A stretch of DNA of 64,000 nucleotides, from positions 1,713 through 65,712 of the forward strand of contig JANNTE010000027.1 of assembly GCA_031403365.1 (NCBI GenBank), in the 5' to 3' direction. Shown here piece by piece: positions 12,509-24,780 of this stretch. The notes beneath the pieces were generated by a model that ran no database searches, was not told the origin of the DNA, and worked only from the letters and a program-made list of their open reading frames with translations. A program made the translations under genes and the position numbers. Numbering within the stretch: the stretch's first letter is position 1; every line of letters starts with the position of its first letter. Source of the DNA: Betaproteobacteria bacterium (lineage in GTDB: Bacteria > Pseudomonadota > Gammaproteobacteria > Burkholderiales > JACQAP01).

Positions 12509-12639
12509 ACCGCCAGACGTGCCCGTCCTTTAGCGCGCCGAGCGTTAATGACCGCCCGGCCACCACGCGTCTTCATGCGCTCCAGAAAACCGTGTGTACG
12601 CGCCCGGCGCGTCTTTGAGGGTTGGTAAGTGCGCTTCAT
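12505..12639 (-). CDS. rpmH: 50S ribosomal protein L34
   Basis: Below the track size cutoff. Hand translation gives [44 protein letters not shown] (44 aa), a canonical L34. Confidence 0.95.
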   Translation of the reverse strand: MKRTYQPSKTRRARTHGFLERMKTRGGRAVINARRAKGRARLAV

Positions 12640-12732
12640 AATAGATTTCGACTCCGATAACGTGCGGAAAAAGCGCGGTATTACACGGGTTTTTACACGC
12701 GCTTGTCAACCTTGATGAAGAAATATCAGCCC

Positions 12733-12741
12733 TGTGGATAA
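12733..12741 (-). promoter_or_regulatory. Perfect DnaA box (TTATCCACA on minus strand)
   Basis: The plus strand reads TGTGGATAA, an exact reverse complement of the 9-mer consensus. It lies 87 bp upstream of the dnaA ATG. Confidence 0.8.
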
Positions 12742-12827
12742 CTTGACGGCTTGCTGGTAGACTCCGCATTCACGTCCTCTGGCCATTCATGGCCCTCCTC
12801 CTGCATCACACAAAACCTGCTGCGTCG

Positions 12828-14165
12828 ATGGATAGCGTCTGGAATCATTGCCTTCGCCATTTTGAAAAAGCCCTTCCAGCGCAGCAGTTCAAGACCTGGA
12901 TTCAGCCGCTTAACGGGTACCTCGACGGTGAAAGAGTCGTCATATCTGCCCCAAATCGCTTTGTTCTGGAGTGGGTAAAGGACAAGTTCCTCTCGGATAT
13001 CGAGCGCCTTTCCACCGAGTACCTGCTAAAACCCGTGGAAGTGGTATTTAACTTGAGCATCAAAAACCCTCCCGACGTGGTCTCTTCACCTGTTGCCTCT
13101 GCGCCGATCATCGCGGAACCGTCTGTAAAACCCAAGATGCGTGATTTGACGCGGCTCAATCCCTCATTCACGTTCAGTTCGTTTGTAACCGGTAAAGCTA
13201 ACCAACTTGCGCGAGCAGCGGCGCTTCAGGTCGCCGAGCACCCCGGTACTGCCTACAATCCACTGTTTGTTTACGGCGGCGTCGGGCTGGGTAAGACCCA
13301 TTTAATTCAAGCGATCGGTAATTTTCTGATCGAATCAAAATCCTCGGCCAACGTGCGCTACATACACGCTGAGCAGTATGTTTCGGATGTAGTGCGAGCC
13401 TATCAACATAAAGCTTTCGACGGCTTCAAGAAATACTATCACTCGCTTGACTTGCTCTTGATCGATGACATCCAGTTCTTCAGCGGGAAAAATCGTACTC
13501 AGGAAGAATTTTTTTATGCGTTCAATGCTTTGATCGAGGCTCATAAGCAGGTCATTATTACCTGTGATAGCTATCCGAAAGAGATAACCGGCATCGAGGA
13601 TCGCCTGATCTCCCGCTTCGGATGGGGTTTGACGGTAGCAATAGAGCCTCCGGAACTGGAAATGAGAGTTGCTATTTTGCTGAAGAAAGCGGAGGCAGAC
13701 CGAGTGACTCTGGATGAAGATGTTGCTTTCTTCATAGCCAACTGCATTCAATCCAACGTTCGCGAACTCGAAGGCGGTCTCAAGCGTGTCCAAGCCTATG
13801 CCAAGTTCGCGAATGCCAAGGTATCGCTGGATCTTGCCCGCGACGCCCTGAAAGACCTGTTGGCCGTGCAGGTTCGGCAAGTTTCGATAGAAAACATCCA
13901 ACGCGTGGTCGCTGAGTACTACAAGATCAAAGTCTCCGACATGTACTCAAAGGACCGTTCACGAGCAGTCGCTCGCCCCAGACAGGTGGCAATGGCTCTG
14001 GCCAAGGAATTGACCCAGTTGAGCCTTCCTGACATTGGCGATGCTTTCGGTGGACGAGATCACACGACTGTTCTTCATGCTTGCCGTAAAATCGTGGATC
14101 TCCGTTCTACTCACCCTGAAATTTCCAGGGATTTCTCTGCTCTCTTGCAAACATTGCGCGGTTGA
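12828..14165 (+). CDS. dnaA: Chromosomal replication initiator protein DnaA
   Basis: 445 aa from ATG 12828 ([28 protein letters not shown]), with Walker [11 protein letters not shown] and the C-terminal DNA-binding region [12 protein letters not shown]. The track start at 12789 adds 13 unlikely residues. Confidence 0.96.
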   Translation: MDSVWNHCLRHFEKALPAQQFKTWIQPLNGYLDGERVVISAPNRFVLEWVKDKFLSDIERLSTEYLLKPVEVVFNLSIKNPPDVVSSPVASAPIIAEPSVKPKMRDLTRLNPSFTFSSFVTGKANQLARAAALQVAEHPGTAYNPLFVYGGVGLGKTHLIQAIGNFLIESKSSANVRYIHAEQYVSDVVRAYQHKAFDGFKKYYHSLDLLLIDDIQFFSGKNRTQEEFFYAFNALIEAHKQVIITCDSYPKEITGIEDRLISRFGWGLTVAIEPPELEMRVAILLKKAEADRVTLDEDVAFFIANCIQSNVRELEGGLKRVQAYAKFANAKVSLDLARDALKDLLAVQVRQVSIENIQRVVAEYYKIKVSDMYSKDRSRAVARPRQVAMALAKELTQLSLPDIGDAFGGRDHTTVLHACRKIVDLRSTHPEISRDFSALLQTLRG

Positions 14166-14216
14166 TAATCGAGGTATGGAATGTTGAAAACTCTCAGAAT
14201 TAACCAGAAAACGATT

Positions 14217-14258
14217 TGATTCACATTTCATTCACACCTAATTCGTTCTTTATACAGA
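14217..14258 (+). promoter_or_regulatory. Three DnaA-box-like 9-mers in one orientation (candidate oriC element)
   Basis: TGATTCACA (14217), TCATTCACA (14228) and TTATACAGA (14250) each have one mismatch to TTATNCACA. Their starts are spaced 11 and 22 bp apart. They sit in the AT-rich dnaA-dnaN spacer. Confidence 0.45.
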
Positions 14259-14341
14259 TCTATAACCGGTTGAATCTATTTATGATTTGACCTTCACTAA
14301 CAGGCTTTTAAAACCTTACTACTATTATCAAGGTTTAAAGA

Positions 14342-15448
14342 ATGAAGATACTGGATATAGACAAAGACGTACTTCTCAAACCCCTGCAAGCTGTTTCTGG
14401 CATCGTCGAGCGTCGTCATACCCTGCCTATTCTTTCCAATGTTTTATTGGAAACCAGAGGCGACCAACTAAAGCTCGTGGCGACGGACCTGGAAATCCAA
14501 ATCACCACATCCGCCGAATTAGAAAAACCTGCAGCGGATCACGCTGTAACTGTATCGGCGAGAAAACTTCAGGATATTCTGCGGGCGCTTCCGGAAAAAA
14601 CGGCGGTAACCCTGGATGCGCAGGAAGGGCGCCTCCAAGTGAAAGCGGGCAAAAGCAAGTTCAATCTTCAAACCTTGCCGTCGCAGGACTTTCCGCGCCT
14701 GGCAGAAGGTGGTTCTTCTACGTCGACCGTTACGTTGTCGCAGAAGACTTTTCGCCATCTTCTGTCCCTTGTCCAGTATGGAATGGCCCAGCAGGACATT
14801 CGCTACTATCTCAACGGACTATTACTGGTGGCAGAGGGCTATCAGCTGACCATGGTCGCAACCGACGGCCACAGACTCGCCTATGCAACAACGACCCTGG
14901 CGGTAGAAGTCCCTCGCTCAGAAGTCATAATCCCAAGGAAAGCCGTCATAGAACTGGCAAAGCTCTTGCAGGATGTGGAACAAGAAGTGGAACTTCAGAT
15001 CTTGCCGAATCAGGTCCGCTTCCTGTTCGCTGGAATAAACATCGTTTCAAAAGTAGTGGATGGAAAATTCCCCGACTATACCCGGGTGATACCGGTCAAC
15101 TATCAGAAGCATTTTCAGATCGACCGGGTGGTTTTGCAGCACGCATTACAACGCGCTTCGATCTTGTCCAATGAGAAATTTAGAGGCGTGCGTTGGGTCC
15201 TGGCGACGAACAGTCTGCGAATCATTTGCAACAATGCCGAGCAGGAAGAGGCTGAAGAGGAGTTGGTCGTCGACTACACCGGTGAACCTTTGGATATTGG
15301 ATTCAACATCGTCTACCTGCTGGACGTTTTGAATAATATTGAAGCGCAGCAAATCGACTGCGCAGTGGGCGATGCGAACAGCAGCATGTTGGTTTCAATC
15401 CCGGGCAACAAAGACTTCAAGTACGTAGTAATGCCAATGCGCATTTGA
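14342..15448 (+). CDS. dnaN: DNA polymerase III subunit beta (sliding clamp)
   Basis: 368 aa, starting MKILDIDKDVLLKPLQAVSGIVERRHTLPILSNVLLE and ending MPMRI. Position after dnaA. Confidence 0.96.
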   Translation: MKILDIDKDVLLKPLQAVSGIVERRHTLPILSNVLLETRGDQLKLVATDLEIQITTSAELEKPAADHAVTVSARKLQDILRALPEKTAVTLDAQEGRLQVKAGKSKFNLQTLPSQDFPRLAEGGSSTSTVTLSQKTFRHLLSLVQYGMAQQDIRYYLNGLLLVAEGYQLTMVATDGHRLAYATTTLAVEVPRSEVIIPRKAVIELAKLLQDVEQEVELQILPNQVRFLFAGINIVSKVVDGKFPDYTRVIPVNYQKHFQIDRVVLQHALQRASILSNEKFRGVRWVLATNSLRIICNNAEQEEAEEELVVDYTGEPLDIGFNIVYLLDVLNNIEAQQIDCAVGDANSSMLVSIPGNKDFKYVVMPMRI

Positions 15449-17863
<2,415 letters not shown>

Positions 17864-17875
17864 AATCAGACTTGC

Positions 17876-20434
17876 TCAGGCGGCTTTGCGCTTGCTACCT
17901 TTACTGGCTGGTGGTTTTTTCGCGGATTTCTTCAGAGCGGGCCTCTTGGTCGATTCAATTGCCTTGGCGGGTTTCGACGATTTCTGAGATTTTTTAGTCT
18001 TGACTGGTTTCGCGGCCTTACCGGATTTGCTTGCGAGCAGTTCAAGCGCCTCGTCGAGCGTGATTTTCTCCGGATCGATTGAAGCTGGAATGGTTGCGTT
18101 GACTTTTCCGTACTTCACGTACGGGCCGTAGCGGCCGCTGTGTACAGCAACCGAGCGCTTGTCGTCCGGATGTACGCCCAGCGAGCGACCGCCACCACCG
18201 GCCGCTTTCTTTTCAGCCAGCAACTCAACGGCTCTGATCAGCGTGATGTCATGGATGCTTTCGGCTTTGGGGATCGATTTGAACATCCCATCGTGTTTCA
18301 CATAAGGACCGAAACGACCAATATTGGCTTCGACAGCTTTGCCTGACTCCGGGTGATTGCCGAGCTGGCGTGGTAAGGAAAGCATTTTCAGAGCGGTTTC
18401 CAGATCGGCCGCAGCCGCAGGAATATTTTTCGGCCAGGCCGCGCGCTTGGGTTTTTGCGTCTTGTCTTCAGGGGTGGCACCCAGTTGCACGTAGAAACCA
18501 TACGGCCCCTTCATGAGCAGGATGTCCAGGCCGGTGGCAGGATCCTTGCCTAGTTCAACCGGACCCGCCGGTGCATCACCCCAGGGGCGTGTGTAATCGC
18601 AATCAGGATATCCGCTGCAACCGACAAACAAGCCGCGTCTGCTGTTCTGCAGGAAGAGCTGTTTCTTGCATTTCGGGCAGGCTTCCTCCATAGGGTTGCC
18701 GCGGGGCACTTTCTCCTTCGATTTCAAGGTCCGGGAAAAATCCTTCCAGAACGCTCTCAGGACGGGTACCCATTCTCGATCGCCGTTGGAAATTTCATCG
18801 AGTTCCTCTTCCAGCCGGGCGGTAAAACCGTAGTCCACGTAGTGATTGAAGTGCGAAGTCAGGAACCCGTTCACCAGCCGTCCAATGTCGGTGGGCATAA
18901 AACGCTTTTTCTCAAGCAGCGCATAACCGCGGTCTTGAAGCGTCGAAATGATATTCGCGTAGGTTGAAGGCCGGCCGATGCCGAACTCTTCCAGCGTTTT
19001 TACCAGACTGGCTTCTGTGTACCGCGGTGGAGGTTGAGTGAAATGCTGTTCACCGAAAACACGGTCAACCGCTACGATCTCTTTTTCCTCGAGCAATGGC
19101 AATCTGGCTTCCTGCTCTTGCTCAACATCATCGTTGTCTTCAAGGTAGACGGTCATGAAACCGGGAAAAACCAGAATCTGTCCGCTTGCCCGAAACAAGG
19201 TATCAGCGCGGCCCGCTGCAAGATCAACCGAGGTCGTGTCGTATTTTGCCGCAGTCATCTGGCAGGAAAGAGTGCGCTTCCAGATCATCTCGTAGAGCGC
19301 GGCCTGATCCGCGGTAAGGTGCTTGCGGACGACATCGGGCGACCGAGTGATGGAGGTCGGGCGGATCGCTTCGTGCGCTTCCTGCGCGTTCTTGGATTTG
19401 TTGCGATATTCAACCGGCGCGCCAGGCAGATACTCAGGATCGAATTTGGTCTTGATGTATTTTCGGATCTCGACCAGCGCCTCGTTCGCCAGGGACAGTG
19501 AGTCGGTTCGCATGTAAGTGATCAAACCGACAGTGCCACCGTCGATCTCCACGCCTTCGTAGAGCTGCTGAGCGGTGCTCATCGCTCCGCGCGTGGTCAT
19601 GCCGAGCTTGCGCACGGCCTCCTGCTGCAGCGTCGAGGTGGTGAACGGCGGCGCCGGCTGACGACTCTTTGGTTTGCGCTCGACCCTGACAACCTTGGCC
19701 GTTCCTTTCGAGGTGTTCTCAATGTCGGCAACGATCTTGCGATGCTCGTCGTCGCTGACGATGGAAAACTGCTCAATCTTGTTACCACGATACTGGACGA
19801 GTCGCGCGACAAATTTCTGTTTGTCCTTGTGACTGTCAAAGTGCAAAGACCAGTATTCGCGGCTTTTGAATTTTTCAATTTCGAGTTCGCGCTCCACCAA
19901 CAGGCGCAACGCAGGGCTTTGCACCCGTCCGGCAGAAAGGCTCGGGCCGATTTTTTTCCACAGCAGGGGCGATAGATTGAAACCGACCAGGTGGTCAAGC
20001 GCTCGGCGCGCCTGCTGCGCGTTGACCAGCGGCATGGAAATGCCGCGCGGGCTGGCAACGGCTTCCTTGACTGCGGATTCCGTGATTTCGTAGAAAACAA
20101 CCCTTTTGAGTTTCTTGTTCTTAAGCAGCTTCTTGTCTTTTAGGATTTCTCCCAGGTGCCAGGCTATGGCTTCACCCTCTCGATCCGGGTCGGTGGCCAG
20201 ATAAATGTTGGTGGCCTTCGCAACCGCCCTGGTGATCGCATCGACATGCTTTTTGTTCTTTTCGACTAGCGCGTAGCGCATGCTGAAATCGTCGCTCGGA
20301 TCGACGGCACCTTCCTTGGCTTCCAAATCGCGTACATGACCGTAGGACGCGATGATCTCGAAACTATTGCCAAGATACTTCTTGAGAGTTTTCGCCTTGG
20401 ATGGCGACTCTACGATCAACAGATTTTGCGACAT
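17876..20434 (-). CDS. topA: DNA topoisomerase I
   Basis: 852 aa from ATG 20434 (MSQNLLIVESPSKAKTLKKYLG), with a Toprim domain, C-terminal zinc-ribbon cysteines and a lysine-rich tail. The track start at 20491 is an extension. Confidence 0.95.
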   Translation of the reverse strand: MSQNLLIVESPSKAKTLKKYLGNSFEIIASYGHVRDLEAKEGAVDPSDDFSMRYALVEKNKKHVDAITRAVAKATNIYLATDPDREGEAIAWHLGEILKDKKLLKNKKLKRVVFYEITESAVKEAVASPRGISMPLVNAQQARRALDHLVGFNLSPLLWKKIGPSLSAGRVQSPALRLLVERELEIEKFKSREYWSLHFDSHKDKQKFVARLVQYRGNKIEQFSIVSDDEHRKIVADIENTSKGTAKVVRVERKPKSRQPAPPFTTSTLQQEAVRKLGMTTRGAMSTAQQLYEGVEIDGGTVGLITYMRTDSLSLANEALVEIRKYIKTKFDPEYLPGAPVEYRNKSKNAQEAHEAIRPTSITRSPDVVRKHLTADQAALYEMIWKRTLSCQMTAAKYDTTSVDLAAGRADTLFRASGQILVFPGFMTVYLEDNDDVEQEQEARLPLLEEKEIVAVDRVFGEQHFTQPPPRYTEASLVKTLEEFGIGRPSTYANIISTLQDRGYALLEKKRFMPTDIGRLVNGFLTSHFNHYVDYGFTARLEEELDEISNGDREWVPVLRAFWKDFSRTLKSKEKVPRGNPMEEACPKCKKQLFLQNSRRGLFVGCSGYPDCDYTRPWGDAPAGPVELGKDPATGLDILLMKGPYGFYVQLGATPEDKTQKPKRAAWPKNIPAAAADLETALKMLSLPRQLGNHPESGKAVEANIGRFGPYVKHDGMFKSIPKAESIHDITLIRAVELLAEKKAAGGGGRSLGVHPDDKRSVAVHSGRYGPYVKYGKVNATIPASIDPEKITLDEALELLASKSGKAAKPVKTKKSQKSSKPAKAIESTKRPALKKSAKKPPASKGSKRKAA

Positions 20435-20556
20435 TGGATTTCCGGCCAGGAAAGGAGGCGGAATGATAAGAACTTGATGGCGCCGGAGCAAGCTCCGCGA
20501 TCAGTGGACCCTTTGCGCAGGGTGATCTGTACTTCCCGGAGCGATCAGCAGCCCGT

Positions 20557-21009
20557 TTAGTGCAGGTAGTGGTCCTCTCTGGAAGAAACCAGTTCTGTCA
20601 GAACCAGGGCATCCGGGGTTTTGTTTTGGCTCCACAGTACCATCAAGGCGATGAGTTTGACTTTATCCAGGTCTACTGCCGGTTCGTCCAGGGCCAGCAC
20701 GCGCTCAATGATAAGTTCACGCTGGAGCCCACCGATTCCACAAGCGTTCTCCAGGAACAGCAGAAAGCCGCGCGCCTGCGGCGTGAGGCTGGCAAGTTCC
20801 ATTCCCGTGAATATACGAAAACCCCCGCTTCGCGTCACGGCCGAGCGTGCGTTATCGATGGGCTCGAGACCGCCCAGCCAGCTCAGTGCCTGCGAGATGT
20901 CGCGACTGTCGAAGCCTGCGGTGGAAAGTTGTTTGGAAAGCACAGCCGTATCGGGATAAGCACCGGCATGAAAATAGTTATTGAACAGGAAGACGAGTAT
21001 GTCGAACAT
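20557..21009 (-). CDS. smg: Smg protein (DUF494)
   Basis: 150 aa starting MFDILVFLFNNYF, in the conserved position between dprA and topA. Confidence 0.85.
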   Translation of the reverse strand: MFDILVFLFNNYFHAGAYPDTAVLSKQLSTAGFDSRDISQALSWLGGLEPIDNARSAVTRSGGFRIFTGMELASLTPQARGFLLFLENACGIGGLQRELIIERVLALDEPAVDLDKVKLIALMVLWSQNKTPDALVLTELVSSREDHYLH

Positions 21010-21041
21010 AGCCCCTGTCTGGAGGATCTGGCATCCTCAAT

Positions 21042-22127
21042 TTAACGCACCCGCTGGAAACTGCCGCCGGAAAGCCGACTGACAACACCGTCGAGTTCCA
21101 GCGTTAACAGCATCGCCGAAGCGCTGTCCGGCGTCAAGCCGCTGCGCTGACACAAGGTGTCGAGACTGACTGGGTCGAAACCCAGCGCAGCAAGCAGCGG
21201 ATGGTCCGAATCGATCTCAGGCGCTTGGGAGTTTCTGCTTTTCTGGTCGCGCATGGCCGCGTCGAACTCCTCGAGAATGTCCTGGCTGCTTTCGACGAGT
21301 TTTGCGCCCTGCTTGATCAGCAGGTGGCACCCTTTCGAAAGCGGTGAATGAATCGAACCGGGAACCGCAAAGACTTCCCGGCCTTGCTCAAGCGCATAAC
21401 GCGCCGTGATAAGCGATCCGCTCCTGAGCGCGGCTTCCACAATCAGGCATCCGCGCGACAAGCCGCTGATCAAACGATTTCGGCGCGGAAAGTTGGAAGC
21501 AAGCGGAGGTGTCCCCAGTGCAAATTCGGACATCAGTGCCCCTTTGGCGGCCAGTTGATGAGCCAGATCGCGATTACGTGCCGGATAGACGATATCGAGA
21601 CCGGTGCCGACCACGGCAATGGACGACGAAGCCGCGGCGAGGCCACCCGCATGTGCCGCCGCGTCGATACCGAGAGCCAGTCCGCTGACGATCGTGAAGC
21701 CACCTTCGGACAGCTCGCGCGAAAAGGCTTCCGCGTTTACGAGGCCTTGTTGAGTAGCGTTTCGGCTACCCACGACCGCCAACGATGCGCGGTCGAGCAA
21801 AGCGGGATCGCCTTTCACGTACAGTATCGGCGGCGGATCGGTTATTTCCAGCAGCAGCTTTGGATATGTCGAGTCGGCAAGCGTTATGAGCCCGTTGCCG
21901 GAATCGTCGAGCCAGCGTAGCGCGGCGTCTACACGTTCCGGATCGGGTCCGCGCAGGATGGCGCTCGCGACGTCGTCGGATACAACGCCAGACAACGCCG
22001 TGCGATCAGCCGCGCAGATATCCTCAGGTGACTTAAGCGCGCTTAGCAGCTTGCGCCAGCCTGCCGGCGTCAGTTCCGGAATGAGCCCGAGTCTGAGCCA
22101 GGCCAGAATTTCCGGGTTCGGCGACAT
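21042..22127 (-). CDS. dprA: DNA processing protein DprA (Smf)
   Basis: 361 aa with a Rossmann-like core (VVGSRNAT...SGLALGIDAAAH...GSLITA) and a C-terminal winged-helix region. Confidence 0.92.
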   Translation of the reverse strand: MSPNPEILAWLRLGLIPELTPAGWRKLLSALKSPEDICAADRTALSGVVSDDVASAILRGPDPERVDAALRWLDDSGNGLITLADSTYPKLLLEITDPPPILYVKGDPALLDRASLAVVGSRNATQQGLVNAEAFSRELSEGGFTIVSGLALGIDAAAHAGGLAAASSSIAVVGTGLDIVYPARNRDLAHQLAAKGALMSEFALGTPPLASNFPRRNRLISGLSRGCLIVEAALRSGSLITARYALEQGREVFAVPGSIHSPLSKGCHLLIKQGAKLVESSQDILEEFDAAMRDQKSRNSQAPEIDSDHPLLAALGFDPVSLDTLCQRSGLTPDSASAMLLTLELDGVVSRLSGGSFQRVR

Positions 22128-22141
22128 GCGCCGCGATACCT

Positions 22142-23212
22142 TTACGGCGTTTGAACTACATCGAGCACATTGACTGGGCGCGTTGTATTCATGACCAGCC
22201 CGTACGACACTTTCTCGAACACGCGAAACAAAAACACGTTTCCGTAGCGTTCCGGGGGAAGTTTTAGTTTCTCTTTCTGGTCCTCGGCACCCGCCGGAAT
22301 TACTGAAGGGCGGTCATGATACAGGGCCAGCACGTGGCCAATTTCCATCCCTTCGCGCCGGCCACGATTGATGATCACCACTTCCAAGGATGCAATTTCT
22401 GAAACGGAATTGTCCGAACCAGCGATCACCCGGCCTTTGACAAGAGTACCCGGGGCGCGTGGGATATAGGCCAAAGCCTGTTGCGGGGGAGTCTTCGCGA
22501 GGCGATCGCCAGGAAGAATTTCCTGGACCACGTTGGTCAGCACTACCGTGCTGACACTTCCATACTCGCTAACCTGTGCATCACCAAGATAGATCGCTTC
22601 CCTGCCAAGCACCTCCTTGGTTTCTGGATCGACGAAGGTCCGCCCAGGGCGGAATACGCTCCACTGTGTTCCCTGTTCCCGGGTCACGCCTCTGGTAAAG
22701 GCGATATCCCCGGTCGAGAGCACTACACGAGTTTCCGGACCTGCAATCAAGGTCGGGGCGATTTTCAGTTCCCGCTCGCCGATCACCAAAGGCTTGGTCA
22801 GGAACGGTTCGATTGCACGGGCGGGAATGCTCGAAATGGCGGTACCCGTTAGTGCTTGTGACCGCATGTTTGGACTCAACTTGGTTTCCAGCAATTGCCA
22901 TTCCGAATCGCTACTGACGGTACCGGTGCCGTCTTTGTGCAGGCGAGGCGTTTTTCCGCTCAAATCAAGCACAATCACGTCGCCTGGGTAGATCCAGTGG
23001 GGATTCTTGATCTCCTCTCTGTTCAAACCCCAGACATCTGGCCAGCGCCACGGGTCTTTCAGGAACTTGGCCGAAATGTCCCACAACGTGTCGCCCTTAA
23101 CCACGACATAGCGGTCAGGGACGTTTTCGACCAATGCGATTTCATCTGCCCTCGGACCGCCCGACGTCCAAAGTGACGCCAGCAGCAGCAACGATATAAT
23201 TGATTTGCCCAT
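22142..23212 (-). CDS. LysM domain peptidoglycan-binding protein
   Basis: 356 aa with a signal peptide, then the LysM motif YVVVKGDTLWDISAKFLKDPWRWPDVW. It occupies the conserved slot between dprA and def. Confidence 0.85.
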   Translation of the reverse strand: MGKSIISLLLLASLWTSGGPRADEIALVENVPDRYVVVKGDTLWDISAKFLKDPWRWPDVWGLNREEIKNPHWIYPGDVIVLDLSGKTPRLHKDGTGTVSSDSEWQLLETKLSPNMRSQALTGTAISSIPARAIEPFLTKPLVIGERELKIAPTLIAGPETRVVLSTGDIAFTRGVTREQGTQWSVFRPGRTFVDPETKEVLGREAIYLGDAQVSEYGSVSTVVLTNVVQEILPGDRLAKTPPQQALAYIPRAPGTLVKGRVIAGSDNSVSEIASLEVVIINRGRREGMEIGHVLALYHDRPSVIPAGAEDQKEKLKLPPERYGNVFLFRVFEKVSYGLVMNTTRPVNVLDVVQTP

Positions 23213-23335
23213 CTCAGGCTCCCGTGTCTAACGATCTGGAATTGCCAATCAGGTCAGCGCCAACTTTAACGTCGACTACCGATTCGATACTTTGGATTAA
23301 ATTCTGCATCTAGTTTATTAAATTTGCAAGAAATT

Positions 23336-23839
23336 ATGGCAATACTGCCAATCATTCACTACCCTGATCCTCGCTTGAACAAGAAAGCGGCGCCTGTGCT
23401 TGAGGTAAACGATGGCATCCGCAGACTGATAGGAGATATGGCGCAAACCATGTATTCCGCGCCAGGCATTGGACTTGCCGCGACGCAAATCGATGTGCAC
23501 AAAGAAATCATTGTGATCGACATTTCGGAAACTCACGATCAGTTAAAGGTGTTTATTAATCCGAAGATCCTGGAATCAAGGGGGCAGTCTGAGTGTGAGG
23601 AAGGTTGCCTGTCCGTACCGGGTATTTTCGAGAAAGTTACCCGCGCCGAATGGGTGAAAGTGCAGGCACTTGGTTTGGACGGAAAACCCTTCCGGACAGA
23701 GAGCGACGGACTGATGGCGGTGTGTATCCAACACGAAATGGATCATCTGAAAGGCAAGGTGTTTGTCGAATATTTATCCAAGCTCAAGCAGAAACGCATC
23801 GGGGCTAAGCTGAAAAAGCAGCAACGGCAAACACTTTAA
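23336..23839 (+). CDS. def: Peptide deformylase
   Basis: 167 aa from ATG 23336 ([14 protein letters not shown]) with the motifs [13 protein letters not shown] and QHEMDH. Confidence 0.96.
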   Translation: MAILPIIHYPDPRLNKKAAPVLEVNDGIRRLIGDMAQTMYSAPGIGLAATQIDVHKEIIVIDISETHDQLKVFINPKILESRGQSECEEGCLSVPGIFEKVTRAEWVKVQALGLDGKPFRTESDGLMAVCIQHEMDHLKGKVFVEYLSKLKQKRIGAKLKKQQRQTL

Positions 23840-24777
23840 TGCGCATCGTGTTTGCAGGTACGCCGGTGTTTGCCGCAGTGGCGTTGAAGGCCCTGGTGGA
23901 TGCCAATTTTGATGTAGTGTTAGTGCTCACTCAGCCAGATCGTCCAGCCGGACGTGGACTGCATGAACTGCAAAGCGAGGTGAAGCAAACAGCACTGCGG
24001 CTCGGGCTAGCTTTGGCGCAACCGCGTACCTTGCGCGAAGACGAGATCAGGAATCAACTGCGGTCGGTCAGCGCTGAAGCAATGGTCGTCGCGGCCTATG
24101 GATTAATCCTCCCGGGCGCCGTGCTGGATCTTTTTCCGGCCGGCTGCATTAATATTCACGCATCGCTGCTGCCGCGCTGGCGCGGCGCGGCGCCAATCCA
24201 GCGTGCCATCCTGGCCGGAGATCAGGAAACTGGCATATCCATCATGCGCATGGATCAAGGGCTCGATACCGGACCAGTGTATCTGACCAAGGCGAGTCCG
24301 ATATTGTCAGCGGATACTGCAGGATCCCTGCACGATCGGCTCAGCCAGTTGGGCGCGACCTGCATCGTCCAGGCGCTCACCCAAATTGCAGATGGCTCGG
24401 CGATTCCTGCAGCACAAGCGGACGAAGGCATCGTCTATGCACACAAGATCGCCAAGGCCGAAGCGGCGATCGACTGGCGGCAGGAAGCGCTTCTGGTGGA
24501 TCGTCAGGTTCGCGCGTTTAATCCTGTTCCAGGCGCTTTCAGCCGGCTCAGGGGCGAACCGGTGAAAATATGGCGCGCGCTCGTCCGCAGCGAAGGCGGG
24601 GGCGATCCGGGGAGAATCGTCGACTGCACGTCGGAAGGAATCGATGTTGCCTGTGGCCGAGGAATATTGACGATAACGGAGCTGCAGAAAGCGGGCGGCC
24701 GGCGTCTTGATGCCACTGATTTCCTGCGCGGTTCTATGCTCATGCCGGGCGAGCGCTTCATAACCCCAGTCGCCTGA
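23839..24777 (+). CDS. fmt: Methionyl-tRNA formyltransferase
   Basis: 312 aa with [12 protein letters not shown]...NIHASLLPRWRGAAPIQRAI. It has a 1-nt TAATG overlap with def. Confidence 0.96.
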   Translation: MRIVFAGTPVFAAVALKALVDANFDVVLVLTQPDRPAGRGLHELQSEVKQTALRLGLALAQPRTLREDEIRNQLRSVSAEAMVVAAYGLILPGAVLDLFPAGCINIHASLLPRWRGAAPIQRAILAGDQETGISIMRMDQGLDTGPVYLTKASPILSADTAGSLHDRLSQLGATCIVQALTQIADGSAIPAAQADEGIVYAHKIAKAEAAIDWRQEALLVDRQVRAFNPVPGAFSRLRGEPVKIWRALVRSEGGGDPGRIVDCTSEGIDVACGRGILTITELQKAGGRRLDATDFLRGSMLMPGERFITPVA

Positions 24778-24780
24778 TCA

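Noticed and set aside
12545-12769. 74-aa minus-strand ORF spanning the rpmH region and the dnaA promoter spacer
   Set aside because: It is in a different frame from the true L34 gene (12505-12639) and covers the DnaA box and promoter DNA. No family resemblance.
14287-15174. 295-aa plus-strand ORF overlapping dnaN in another frame
   Set aside because: It starts inside the AT-rich spacer and has an R/S/G/P-rich composition, while dnaN in the other frame is unambiguous.
22331-22336. CACGTG cores at 22331-22336 and 63196-63201 considered as extra parS sites
   Set aside because: Only the central hexamer matches. The flanks (ccagCACGTGgcca and ggtgCACGTGcgcc) lack the GTTTC/GAAAC arms, and both lie inside coding sequence.
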